DNA from: Pseudomonadota bacterium
Lineage (GTDB): Bacteria > Bdellovibrionota_B > Oligoflexia > Oligoflexales > CAIMVM01
Direction: 5' to 3'
Assembly: GCA_037142195.1 (NCBI GenBank)
Contig: JBAXBA010000048.1
Coordinates: 1-27,344 of the forward strand
Length of the DNA stretch: 27,344 nt
Shown: one piece after another, positions 16,920 through 27,025 of the stretch
Layout: each line of letters begins with the position of its first letter
Position numbering within the stretch: position 1 is the stretch's first letter
Program-made: the position numbers and the translations under genes
Notes under the pieces: generated by a model
Told to the model about the DNA's origin: nothing
Database searches by the model: none
What the model saw: the letters and a program-made list of their open reading frames with translations, nothing else

Positions 16920-18965
16920 ATGAAAAAGGAAAAAGATCGCAAATACAATAAGGAAACAAGTCTTATAGCCTTGATCTTTTGCTTGCTTTCTTTTGTCGGG
17001 GTTTCCTACATTCAAAGTCGCGACCTAAATGTAGGCCGGATTCACGACGAACTGATCTCATCGAAACGAATTGTAGAGATCCCAAAATGGGCGGCGATAT
17101 TTTTCACTTGTGACGCAGCAGGCAGTTGCTCGCAACTAAATCCCAATCCTATCGACATCATTTTCCCAGGCGCCACGACCCTTCCTACGATCCTGAAAAG
17201 TCTTCCCCAGCCTGCCAATCGGGTGAGAATCAATGCAGAGCTGACAGAAGAAAATAAGGTTTGGTTTAAAACCATTCCTAGTGAAAGGGCGACTTTAATT
17301 TTTCCCTATATGGCTCATCAAGCAACCCAGATTCTTTTTCCTGCGGATGGAAAGATACAACTTGGAAACTTTGCCGACATCAGAATTCCACTCAGCTCCC
17401 AAAGCGTGAGCATGGGATCTTTAGAACTACAGCTTTTCATTTCCCCAGAAGCCAAATGGTTTGGTCCGGCATTTGTGGCTCCTGCCTTGGTGGATCCAAG
17501 ATATGACCGAGACTTTCTTGATATCAGCGCTAAACAGCGTTTTTCCGCCCACATGAACCGCATGCTCGAGGTCGTTGTACCACTCCTCTTCGCAGCTATG
17601 GCTCTCATTTTAGATCATGCCTTGGTTGCTGGTCTCCTGTCCTTATTTGCAGCGTTAAGAGCTCTGCGCTGCTTGGCTTATTTGGCATGGGAGACGGACG
17701 CTCTCAATAGAAATTTCTTAGAAGGCTTGATTTTTCCACTGCATGGTATGGGAGCTGTAGCAATTGTTTTTGTAGTGCTGGCTTTCGCCAATATCGAGGT
17801 CAAGCGCAAGTTTCAAATTCTTTCCATTTTACTCGCTGCTGGACTGGGCTTTCTCAGTTCCAAGGTCGGACTTGGACTGCAACAATCCGATCTGGTTTGG
17901 GACGGGCTCCTTGCTCTTTTAGGTATAGCTACAACCGCCACCCTATTCCTTCGTTTTAAACCTGAAAAAAAGATCGAGCTCGTCGCTGTTTTTGTCCTAC
18001 TCGCCTTATTTTTAAGTACCAATCTTGAGCAGTACTTGGCCCAAGACACCTCAACTCTTAAAAGCTTTTTTGACTGGCGCAACCAAATTCTCGTACCTGG
18101 TTTGGTCTTTATAGCGTTCATTGATATCGGAAGTATTTACAATACCATTCAAAAGGTTTCTAGCATTGTGCGTCAAAAAGCAGAGCTTGATAAGGAAATT
18201 GAAATCTCTAAAGCCATCCAATTCTCAAGCCTTCCGGAATCCAAGTCCAAAAGTGGAAACTGGACCTGGCACGGGGTCTACCGTCCCGCTTCCAAACTCG
18301 CAGGAGATTGGTACGATGTGAGAGAAATTGAAATCTCTCCCACGAAGACTGTGCTCGTAGCAGCGATGGTTGATGTGACCGGACACGGCATGGGTGCTGC
18401 CATGATGACTTCCAACATAGCCAGTCACTGGAGTCTTTGGACAAGAGGAGTCGCTGGCGCCCATGCAGATTTTGAGGGTTACTTAGCATTGGCGCCTCAG
18501 AGGGTTCATGAGGGTCTTATCGGCCTCAGAAGCAACCTGGGCTGTAGCATGGCAGCCATGATCTTTGATCAATCTACGGGATCACTTTACTATACCACAG
18601 CGGGGCATCCTGGAATTTTAACGGGAAGCGAGTCCCAGTTTCGCTATCACTCTACGGAGGGATCTCGACCAGGTTCCGAATCTGACAATCCGAAATGGAC
18701 CGCTAAAACCACAGCCCTTGACCCTCTTGAAACCATGATCGTCCTCTATACGGACGGTATCGTTCCACCAGGAGCGGCAGCTTCCCAATGGCTAGGCCGC
18801 ATCAAACAAGAGCTTCGAAAAGGCAAGCGTGGACTTTTAAGTCAAATCGGCTCCCAGATCATCACCAATTCCAGAATCTACCGCAGAAACCTCGAACTTG
18901 AAGACGACTTGACGTTCCTTCTTCTCAAAAAAAAAGCTCCCCCCAAAACCGTCTCTTCCAGCTGA
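16920..18965 (+). CDS. Membrane sensor with SpoIIE/PP2C phosphatase domain
   Basis: N-terminal TM, periplasmic domain, ~7 TM helices, then AKAIQ-like helix (ISKAIQ..LP), AGDWYD, DVTGHG, AGHP, YTDG, DDLT. Confidence 0.9.
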   Translation: MKKEKDRKYNKETSLIALIFCLLSFVGVSYIQSRDLNVGRIHDELISSKRIVEIPKWAAIFFTCDAAGSCSQLNPNPIDIIFPGATTLPTILKSLPQPANRVRINAELTEENKVWFKTIPSERATLIFPYMAHQATQILFPADGKIQLGNFADIRIPLSSQSVSMGSLELQLFISPEAKWFGPAFVAPALVDPRYDRDFLDISAKQRFSAHMNRMLEVVVPLLFAAMALILDHALVAGLLSLFAALRALRCLAYLAWETDALNRNFLEGLIFPLHGMGAVAIVFVVLAFANIEVKRKFQILSILLAAGLGFLSSKVGLGLQQSDLVWDGLLALLGIATTATLFLRFKPEKKIELVAVFVLLALFLSTNLEQYLAQDTSTLKSFFDWRNQILVPGLVFIAFIDIGSIYNTIQKVSSIVRQKAELDKEIEISKAIQFSSLPESKSKSGNWTWHGVYRPASKLAGDWYDVREIEISPTKTVLVAAMVDVTGHGMGAAMMTSNIASHWSLWTRGVAGAHADFEGYLALAPQRVHEGLIGLRSNLGCSMAAMIFDQSTGSLYYTTAGHPGILTGSESQFRYHSTEGSRPGSESDNPKWTAKTTALDPLETMIVLYTDGIVPPGAAASQWLGRIKQELRKGKRGLLSQIGSQIITNSRIYRRNLELEDDLTFLLLKKKAPPKTVSSS

Positions 18966-19137
18966 AGCTAGACGCTTGAGTAGCTCTAAAGCAGCGCAGC
19001 TTGAAAAATCTTTTACATCCTGAAACAAATTACTGTCTGATCTTTGTGAAAAATAGCTAAAAATTAAAAAAGTGCACTTTAAGGGATAAAATTCTACCGA
19101 AAGAATCTCAAAAAATCTTCTTCAAAAGCTGCAAAAG

Positions 19138-20319
19138 CTACAAAACCCCGAAAAACCCCAGGAAGGCACCAGCAAGCACCAGCCAAAAAGAATTTACCTT
19201 ATAGCGGATGAGAGCGAACAAACTCACCAAAAAAAGAAGTCCCGCTGAATAAGAAACCATCGTCCCAGAAGCCATGCTCAGAATCACTCCCAGCATGAGA
19301 CTTAAGGATGCCACATTGATCCCATCTAAAACTAAAGAAGCCACCTTAGATCCCCGCAGTTTACTAAGATAGGGAGCACTCAAAGCGACAAAAACAAATG
19401 CTGGTAAAAAAATACCAATAGTAGCTAGAGCGGCTCCTTTATGCCCTGCCAAAAGAAAGCCGATAAACGTCGCCGTGGTGAAAACAGGCCCAGGGGTAAA
19501 TTGTCCGACCGCTACTGCATCAAAAAGCTGTTGCTGGCTCAGCCAATGGAATTTGTCCACCAAATCATTTTGAAGAAACGAAAGCAAAACATATCCGCTA
19601 CCAAAGAGCATCGAGCCTACTTTACTGAAATAACCTAGGATTGCACTAGATGTAGGAATCGCTGGAGCCACTGACGATTCGGGAAGGAACCAAGGAGCTA
19701 AATAAAACAGAAGCGCCAGGCCCACAAGACTTAGGACTCCCCTTTTTTTCCCTGGGAGAGATTCCTTTCGTCGTAAACACAAATTAAGAAAGCCTGCCAA
19801 AAGTAGGATGGGAACCTCTTGTTTGAAAACAAGATACAGCGCTAAGGACAACCCGCCAAGAATCCAAAGAAGCCTGTCCTTAAGTGCTGTTCTGGAAAGA
19901 CTTGACATGGCCTGTACAACGACCGCCAAAACCACTGGTTTGATCCCCAAAAAAACATCGTGAAATTTCGGTACATCCCCAAGTTGCACATAAAGAAAAG
20001 CCAAAAGCCAAACTATTAAAAAAGCTGGAAGAATAAAACAAACACCAGCTACAAGTAAACCACGCCAACCCGCAGTTTTATAACCAATATGAATCGCCAT
20101 TTCCGTAGAATTAGGACCTGGAATCAATTGGGTGGCTCCCAAAAGATCCAAAAAGTCTTCCTTTGAGATCCATGATCTGCGGCGAACTAGGTCCTCTTCC
20201 ATCATCGCTATATGGACCGCCGGACCACCAAAGGAAGTAGCTCCAAGCTTTAAAAAAACCTGGGCTAGGTCTCTAAGACTTGGGGGATTTCTAAGTTCTA
20301 AGAGCTCCAGATCGTTCAA
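19138..20319 (-). CDS. chrA: Chromate efflux transporter, long-chain CHR
   Basis: FLKLGATSFGGP, QLIPGPNSTE, LFGSGY, GQFTPGPVFTTATFIG: two homologous CHR halves. TTG start. Confidence 0.93.
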   Translation of the reverse strand: MNDLELLELRNPPSLRDLAQVFLKLGATSFGGPAVHIAMMEEDLVRRRSWISKEDFLDLLGATQLIPGPNSTEMAIHIGYKTAGWRGLLVAGVCFILPAFLIVWLLAFLYVQLGDVPKFHDVFLGIKPVVLAVVVQAMSSLSRTALKDRLLWILGGLSLALYLVFKQEVPILLLAGFLNLCLRRKESLPGKKRGVLSLVGLALLFYLAPWFLPESSVAPAIPTSSAILGYFSKVGSMLFGSGYVLLSFLQNDLVDKFHWLSQQQLFDAVAVGQFTPGPVFTTATFIGFLLAGHKGAALATIGIFLPAFVFVALSAPYLSKLRGSKVASLVLDGINVASLSLMLGVILSMASGTMVSYSAGLLFLVSLFALIRYKVNSFWLVLAGAFLGFFGVL

Positions 20320-20621
20320 AATTTAGTCCCTTACAATTGAGCATTTAAACCAGAAAGGGCTTTCTTACGTGTCTATTTAGAGTAGCATTCTACTTGAAAT
20401 GACCGAAGCTCAAAAAGTTATTCTAGGAGTTCAAAAAATGACCTATCGAGAGAATGACCATTTGATCCTAAGAACATCTGGATTTAGTTAGAATATTCTC
20501 GAAACAGGAAAAATTGAAGTACCATTTACGAATGGGCTTCCAGATAGCTGAGAGATATTTTTGTTTAGAGTCACCGACTCTGTACCTGAGAAATGAAATG
20601 TAGATATCTCTTTTTAGAAGA

Positions 20622-21773
20622 CTAGGAGCGAATAACTACGGGCGCAAATCCGCCCCCTGGAGTCCTAAAATTTGTAGTCTGACCTTGATAGACTCTGCCT
20701 GCCACCCAAAGCACTCTGCCATTGTAAACAAAAAGGCGAACATCAAATTTCATAATCTTTTCAGCTCCCTTTTCTCCAACGAAGAACTCACCTGGCGCAA
20801 ATTGTTTCTGCGCGACGTAATTACCTTGCTGTATCAGAGACCAAACCTTTTTGGTAACTTTGTCTCCACGATAAACAGCGCGGGCCCCATAACCATTTAT
20901 GGGTTTAAAATAGAGATTTCTTCGGTTGGTCCAAAAAATATCCCCACTTGCCCCATTCACTTCTTCGGTAAAGGGAATTCCATTTACTAGAACATCTTGA
21001 ATACCTGCAGATACGCCAAGAGACCTAAGCAAATTTTTATTTGATAAGACAGCAAGATTTCTCTTATCTGCATAAAGGGCATAGGCCCTCGGGTTAGGGG
21101 TCACAAGAGCTAATCTTTCGACAAAAGCTTGACGAACAATTCTAGATACTGGGAGTTCAAAGTAGAAATCAGCTAGTCGATTATAAACTAGATCTATTCG
21201 CAAATTTTTGACCCAAAGAGCGCCATCTCTTAGAGTCAATTCACTGGGATCGGCAATTACACATTTGATTCCATGCATGACAAACAGCTTTTGAAACAAC
21301 AGAAATTCAGGATACAAAAACTGCTGCATTGGGTTCTCATCCACTATGGCTATGGATTCAAGGGAACGGTCACCGTTAAAATTCTTCCATTCCCCTAAAA
21401 ACATGGAAAAGAGCTCAAACTCAAATTTCTCACCTAAAACCAACAGAGAATCCAAATCAGCCGTTTTTTGGAGATCCGTCTCTAATACCCTTGAGCGCGC
21501 AGCACAGAGCATAGCCCCGCCGGGGTTTGTATTAATCTCTATAAGCCCGACGCCTTGCTCACTTACATGAAAGTCGTAGGCAACAAAGAGACCCGATTTG
21601 TTCAAATCTCTAATCTCAGCATCCGACAATCTTGAGAAGACCAATTCCTGATAAGCCTTAATTTCTAAAACGCTTTCGACTGCCTGTACTATCTGTGTCA
21701 TTTTTGCTAACTGACTCGAAGATATTACTATAGAGTTTGATGAAAAAAAATTATGTTCACTTTCAATCATCAT
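20622..21773 (-). CDS. Circularly permuted ATP-grasp (GSP-synthase-like) putative amide/peptide ligase
   Basis: YDFH...LIEINTNPGG, VYNRL.DF, KPINGYGA..VYRG, YVAQ, KFDVR, RVYQGQTTNFRTPGGG. Confidence 0.75.
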   Translation of the reverse strand: MMIESEHNFFSSNSIVISSSQLAKMTQIVQAVESVLEIKAYQELVFSRLSDAEIRDLNKSGLFVAYDFHVSEQGVGLIEINTNPGGAMLCAARSRVLETDLQKTADLDSLLVLGEKFEFELFSMFLGEWKNFNGDRSLESIAIVDENPMQQFLYPEFLLFQKLFVMHGIKCVIADPSELTLRDGALWVKNLRIDLVYNRLADFYFELPVSRIVRQAFVERLALVTPNPRAYALYADKRNLAVLSNKNLLRSLGVSAGIQDVLVNGIPFTEEVNGASGDIFWTNRRNLYFKPINGYGARAVYRGDKVTKKVWSLIQQGNYVAQKQFAPGEFFVGEKGAEKIMKFDVRLFVYNGRVLWVAGRVYQGQTTNFRTPGGGFAPVVIRS

Positions 21774-22027
21774 ATTTTAGCAATCCTAAAGCACCTGCCC
21801 CATAGTCAAGACACCGGCTACTTTTAAGATATCAAAGGCAAACCAGTATGCAAGGTCTTTCATGGAATGATCTTATTCGAGCTCAATTCCATCATCTTTG
21901 ACATCTTCATAGTTTCCAGTGTTAGAAACTAGAGTAGATTGATAGCCAGAGTCTATCTTATTGATAAGAACGGATTTCCTAGGATAGTTCTTTAGCTAAT
22001 TACTAAGAACTTCCTCTATTTCAAAAA

Positions 22028-22558
22028 TCACTTTAAAACATCCTTAGCACAAAACTCTGACTCAGTCTCTTTCGCTGCCACATAGAACATTTCATAGATG
22101 TCGCTTAGCATTGCATAAGGATCCCTAAAGTCATTTTTGGCAGAATCCAAAGTCTTCAAAATGACAATGGAAGCATTACAAGAATCTATCCCCTTTAACA
22201 GGCCCTCTGTTAGACTAACTATTTTTATATTAGTTCCATAGTACTTCGTCCTATAGGCCTCGTCAGCACTCTTTAAATAGGCATAGACACTTCCATTACT
22301 GCTTGCTATCCCAAAGCTTTTGTCGCCTGGCAACAATGCCATGGAATCCGTCTCTAAACCACGAGGCAACATATCTTTGTACTGCAGGGCTTTTGAAATC
22401 TGGTCAGGTGACTTTCTATTCTCTGTCTCTGGTTTGGCAAACCCCGATCCATTTTCTTTTTTTTGAATACCGGCCTCAGTTGAGGTGCTATTCGAATTGC
22501 AAGAAGCTATAAGAAGCGACAGCGCCCCCAGAACTATTTTTTTGTAATACGATTTCAT
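22028..22558 (-). CDS. Hypothetical lipoprotein
   Basis: GGAGG RBS before ATG 22558; MKSYYKKIVLGALSLLIAS-C. Confidence 0.75.
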   Translation of the reverse strand: MKSYYKKIVLGALSLLIASCNSNSTSTEAGIQKKENGSGFAKPETENRKSPDQISKALQYKDMLPRGLETDSMALLPGDKSFGIASSNGSVYAYLKSADEAYRTKYYGTNIKIVSLTEGLLKGIDSCNASIVILKTLDSAKNDFRDPYAMLSDIYEMFYVAAKETESEFCAKDVLK

Positions 22559-22578
22559 AATATCCTCCAATTATTTTA

Positions 22579-23415
22579 TCAATGTATGGGACCTGTTGTG
22601 GTAACAATAGTAGATTTAATAACATCAGCGATAGGCGTTTTAGTATTATAAGACCAAGTGGCCAGCTGGCTAATGTTTATGAAGTGAGATCCTTCAATCG
22701 TTAAAAACTTCGCACCTTTTTGAGGCATAAAGTCAAGAAAGGAAGTCTGCTTAAAATCTATATTCCAGAGCTTTAATTCACCAAGAATGCGATTAGGTAG
22801 GTTTTTAACAGAATTAAGATTTCTAATTTCCCTCTGAACAGTGCCCTCGCCATCAATGTAAAGATCTCTAATATTTATCATAACCGGAAGAAATGAATAG
22901 TCGTCAAAACCAGCTGTTTTTCCCAGGTGAAGATAGACATCTGTATCGCTCACATTTCTACTTAATTCAACTAATTGACTGCATGCATTTTCCAATGGCA
23001 CATTTTCCTTGCCATTGGCCGCAAGCGTTTCCGCAGCCATCAGATTTTGCTCTTTGGTTACATTTCTACAATCTCTGAGCGACTCTTGGTTTGATTTCAG
23101 AGGGGCTTCGCATTGCGAACCACCTGTTTCGCAAGGATTAGTAGCTTGCAAAAAACCTGAATAGCAATCCACTCCGGGCGCTAAACCGGCATCTTCGCCT
23201 GCATCTAATTCGCCATTACCATTTAAGTCGTAATAGTAAATTTGAGTGACACCACCCTCTGGGCATTTGCCGTCAGGCGCTGGAGTTAGAGCCATATCCA
23301 CAAGAAATCCATTGCGAATGGGCTGGGCTTTATCAGATTTAGCCAAGTCACTCCCACCATTAGGTCCGCAGGAGCCGGTGAGCGTTACAGCAATGCTTAA
23401 AATATACTTTTTCAT
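22579..23415 (-). CDS. Lipoprotein with Cys-bracketed DxNxNG Ca-loop module and degenerate LRR-like C-terminus
   Basis: GAGGAG RBS; LTGS-C lipobox; CPEGGV....YDLNGNGELDAGE.....DC; repeats such as IRDLYID, IRNLNSVKNLP, LGELKLWN, NISQLA. Confidence 0.65.
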   Translation of the reverse strand: MKKYILSIAVTLTGSCGPNGGSDLAKSDKAQPIRNGFLVDMALTPAPDGKCPEGGVTQIYYYDLNGNGELDAGEDAGLAPGVDCYSGFLQATNPCETGGSQCEAPLKSNQESLRDCRNVTKEQNLMAAETLAANGKENVPLENACSQLVELSRNVSDTDVYLHLGKTAGFDDYSFLPVMINIRDLYIDGEGTVQREIRNLNSVKNLPNRILGELKLWNIDFKQTSFLDFMPQKGAKFLTIEGSHFINISQLATWSYNTKTPIADVIKSTIVTTTGPIH

Positions 23416-23561
23416 ACGCTCCTCTCTTGAATACTAGTTCCTATCGGCTAAAGGGGCGAAGGATTTAATACTTCATGTTTTGATTCATATTAATAGATAC
23501 TTAAAACTTGAATTAAAGGGAAACCACTCAGGGTCCGATGAGTGTCACAAGAGGGTTTCCT

Positions 23562-25133
23562 ATGAAAATATCTTATTTGAGTCTATTTTTCATTCTGATC
23601 TCAAGCTGCAAGCGCGGCCAAGATCCTGGTGCTTGCGTGAAGTCTTTTGTTGATGCACGCAAAATATCCACCTATGGTCTAGAATCGGTCACAGGGGCAA
23701 ATGGAATCATTTCTTCATCTTTTGTTGCTGGCGGTTTCTTCACTAGCACTGAAAAAGGAAAAATAAAAAACTGCGCTGCAACGATGGTTTTCTCTTCAGA
23801 ATCCGGCGTTTCCAATATAGAGGTTTTAACAGCGAGACATTGCGCAAGCTTATACACGAAGGGTCCTTACAAACTGTCTATTTCTGGAGAAGATGGCTAC
23901 AGGGAGCTAGAAGTTGAAACTGTAGATCTAGATACTGGCAACAAGATCCTTGATGGATTTAGTCAAAGTCGTTTGCTTGGCCGAAAGGAAGCTACAGGCA
24001 TGACCTATAGACCTTTCGAATCTTCAAAATTCCGTGAGAAAATAGGAAGTCGGGAATTAAGTAGATCCATTGAGCAAGAGCTTAGTAGTTACGTAGGCAA
24101 GCTGTGTGGATCCGGCACAAGTTCGCCAACTTCGCTTAGTGCACAAGTTGGATGTTTCATGTTTGGAGATTTAGTTAGCTTTAATGTCACTCCAAAGGCT
24201 GGAAGTGAAAATGTTCTAGTTAGTATTAAAAAGTCAGGAAACATTGCTTCTAACTTTATAAGCTCCTCAGATTCTAACTGGATGAATGATATTAGGCAAA
24301 AGTACTTTGTCTCGCGCGACTATGAAATTGGGAGCTACTTGTCCACTGTCTACGACTGCGCAAATACTAGCGACATGAAGTTTAGTACTCCCGAAGAACT
24401 CTGTAATGCACAGACGATTGCAAGCGCAAAGTCCTTTTTAAGTGCGGCTCAATCTCAAAGCCTCTTTGCTAAGAGTACATTTAATGGATTTCTTTTAAAA
24501 TCTGAGCCTGAGAAATTAGCGCTTATTCAGAAATCCATTGACGACTACGCTGCTTCCTATCGAAGGCAAGTAGCTTTCTGGCAATCTCAAAGACAAAAAC
24601 TTCAAAACGGCCAGCTTAGTTTGGGCGCTAACTATATAGGTCCTAAAGGCCCCAAGTACAAACTGGCTAATTTAAAAGACTTTCAGGGATCGATTCCCTT
24701 TATTTGGAGACCGTACGGGATTCTAGGTTATATCGACAATTCTATGGCCAATCTCGACAAAGGGGTTAGTGGATCGATGCTGTTTTTAGACGGAACGCCT
24801 GTGGCAGTGATTTCTAGAGTGGATGGACAAAACACTTCCTCGGGATCAGCCACTCCTAGTACGGGAGAGTCCAAGTCCAGCGAGCTCAACTTGCCTAAAG
24901 GGGACATTTTAACCCAAGCGGAGTGGAGTGCTCGAGACACTTCATCGACAGCATCAAACACCAGCCCGGTAAACACACCTTCATCGACAACAACAAATAG
25001 CGGCGTTGCAATCCCTAATGCTCCTCCCTCTAGTCCATCTGTAGGGCCATCTAATAATAGCACTAGGCGCTCCTCGGGGGATGCTTCCCAGTCCTTAGAT
25101 TACGGCGGAAACACATCAGGATCTGGCTGCTAG
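23562..25133 (+). CDS. Lipoprotein, trypsin-like protease with large insertions and S/T/P-rich tail
   Basis: GAGG RBS before ATG 23562; ILISS-C; VLTARHC, GDLVSF, LDKGVSGSMLF....VAVIS. Confidence 0.7.
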   Translation: MKISYLSLFFILISSCKRGQDPGACVKSFVDARKISTYGLESVTGANGIISSSFVAGGFFTSTEKGKIKNCAATMVFSSESGVSNIEVLTARHCASLYTKGPYKLSISGEDGYRELEVETVDLDTGNKILDGFSQSRLLGRKEATGMTYRPFESSKFREKIGSRELSRSIEQELSSYVGKLCGSGTSSPTSLSAQVGCFMFGDLVSFNVTPKAGSENVLVSIKKSGNIASNFISSSDSNWMNDIRQKYFVSRDYEIGSYLSTVYDCANTSDMKFSTPEELCNAQTIASAKSFLSAAQSQSLFAKSTFNGFLLKSEPEKLALIQKSIDDYAASYRRQVAFWQSQRQKLQNGQLSLGANYIGPKGPKYKLANLKDFQGSIPFIWRPYGILGYIDNSMANLDKGVSGSMLFLDGTPVAVISRVDGQNTSSGSATPSTGESKSSELNLPKGDILTQAEWSARDTSSTASNTSPVNTPSSTTTNSGVAIPNAPPSSPSVGPSNNSTRRSSGDASQSLDYGGNTSGSGC

Positions 25134-25222
25134 GGAGCGCTTTATGGAATTTTTAGCATCCTGGCTCTAGCACAAAGTCCATCGCCAAGCCTATGTCTAT
25201 AGATCGTTTAGATTCTAGCTAT

Positions 25223-25984
25223 TTAAAGATTATTATATTTTTTTTTGAAAAACTTGATCTTCTCCGAAGCCTCATTCCCTGTGATTCGAGAGGCACAATT
25301 TTTGTCCTCTTCGCGGATTGGCCCCACTAGAACCCCAATCCCTAAGGGCCTGGATTTGTCGGCTGACAACAGAAGAGAGCCACTAGATCCGGGCAGAGAG
25401 TCGCACAAAAAACCAAATGCGTCTTTTGTATTACAGTATTTGAGTACAATTAAAGAACAATATTTTGACCACTGAAGGGGTCTTCCATCGGGATGGCCAA
25501 AGAGCGTGATCTGCGTTTCTGGAGCTGGAGTCGAATCGATCTCCACATCAACTTTTTCACTTGGAAATTTATCAGCATGAAGAAGTGCGACATCTCTAGT
25601 GTTATTCAATTGGGCATAGAGACGTTTAATACAAGTTGCCTTTGGCCCAGTAATTCCATCTTTGAAAATGCCAAATTGTATGCTTCGACCAGGTAGACAT
25701 TGCTCCGGATCATTTGGAAAAATTTCATTAGGTGCCAAGCAGTGACCCGCTGTGAGCACCAGGCCATTACCTATGTGAGTCACTGTGCAACCAGAATCTA
25801 AATAGCCGGTAGCACGTATAAGACTTCTGTATTCTTCAGGAATATTCGATCCATCGGAATTCACCGCCACGAAGTCGTCGTTGCCAATAATCACCTTTTC
25901 AGATGAAGGATCCTGACTTACGTGTTTACAAGCAAATACAGAAAAAACAGTAAATGCAAATGCACAAAAAGTTCCTATTCGCAT
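25223..25984 (-). CDS. Trypsin-like (S1) serine protease lipoprotein
   Basis: SVFA-C lipobox; K-VIIG mature-type start; TAGHC / RDVALL / CDSLPGSSGS. Confidence 0.9.
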   Translation of the reverse strand: MRIGTFCAFAFTVFSVFACKHVSQDPSSEKVIIGNDDFVAVNSDGSNIPEEYRSLIRATGYLDSGCTVTHIGNGLVLTAGHCLAPNEIFPNDPEQCLPGRSIQFGIFKDGITGPKATCIKRLYAQLNNTRDVALLHADKFPSEKVDVEIDSTPAPETQITLFGHPDGRPLQWSKYCSLIVLKYCNTKDAFGFLCDSLPGSSGSLLLSADKSRPLGIGVLVGPIREEDKNCASRITGNEASEKIKFFKKKYNNL

Positions 25985-26175
25985 CAAAACACCCCCAGAT
26001 TTCCTCGATAATATCTATTTTAGTCGGCTTCACGGGGGCGGTCAAACGTTCGAAGAGTTTGCTTGCTGAGAGCCCACTTGAGTTTGAGGCTTTTGCTTCC
26101 ATGAGAGTGCTGTTGACCCAGAATTCTATAGACGAATGATACTCTCCAAGGTTCACGAATATTGGGAGAGATAGC

Positions 26176-26898
26176 TTATTTGGAATCTCGCAATGGAACA
26201 AAATAATGCGGAGATCCCAGCTTTTCTAGTTTTTGGGCTCTTTTGACCTCTTCTTCGGAAATAGGATCTTCTAGGTTCCATTTAAAAAGCAGAGGAGAGA
26301 GACTTAGGTTGATGAGCTTACCTTCAAAGTGTTTTTTATTCATATGAAACCAAATGCGAGCTACATCGCCTCTTTTTTGGGGAGGAGGATTGAACCGTGT
26401 GACACCGACTTCAAATCCACAGCGTGCCTTAAAGGTGGTTTCGTCGACTCCTGGTAGCTTGGAACTTTTGAGCTGATTGACTTGGGACTCTGCCGGCACC
26501 AAGTTCACGAGATCGGCTTCCGCATAGCGAAAGACTTGACTTCTTTTTCGAGCGCAAACTCTCGAAGAGCCATCGATAGAACGGCAAGATATGGGCTTCG
26601 GGAAAAGGGCCGCTGGAACCACATGGTCCCACTCCAAAGTCATGGGCTTTCTGGATGTGATACCCGTATCGCAATGGGGGACTTTATGACCTTGCAAAGA
26701 GCAGCCACAATACCAGGTTTTTGGCGGGTCCGGAGCTTTCGCCAGGGCTTTGTTGAGATAAGTTTTGGCTTGTTCAAAGTTAGCTGGGCCTCTGACGCTT
26801 AAACCCGCCATGGCCAGGGTAGCAGGAAAGAGAACTCCTAAAGAGAGCTTTGCAATTCCATAAAAAACCCATGATTCCCTGATTTTTAGGTGCTTCAC
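26176..26898 (-). CDS. Secreted endonuclease I (EndA/Dns family)
   Basis: WYCGC, EWDHVVPA, EADLVNLVPA...VN, PP..RGDVAR.WF.M, W...DPIS..E..R; AGGAG RBS before GTG 26898; signal-like segment ending AMA. Confidence 0.9.
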   Translation of the reverse strand: MKHLKIRESWVFYGIAKLSLGVLFPATLAMAGLSVRGPANFEQAKTYLNKALAKAPDPPKTWYCGCSLQGHKVPHCDTGITSRKPMTLEWDHVVPAALFPKPISCRSIDGSSRVCARKRSQVFRYAEADLVNLVPAESQVNQLKSSKLPGVDETTFKARCGFEVGVTRFNPPPQKRGDVARIWFHMNKKHFEGKLINLSLSPLLFKWNLEDPISEEEVKRAQKLEKLGSPHYFVPLRDSK

Positions 26899-27025
26899 GT
26901 TCTCTCCTACGGAACTTGAAAGCTCTTCATGTCTCAATCTTAAAGCGCGGGAAAGGAGCAAAATTTTTGGCGACCTAAAGGCGGTATTTATGGTAAGAAA
27001 GGAGTGCTCAATTGAAGGACATTCC

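Noticed and set aside
20399..20551. Short + strand frame with internal TAG and three AATGACC repeats upstream of chrA
   Set aside because: Too short, no family resemblance; the repeats could be chance in AT-rich DNA.
344..26802. Numerous 60-160 aa ORFs in the track overlapping larger genes
   Set aside because: Shadow frames without RBS or motifs; only the transposase C-terminal frame had independent support.
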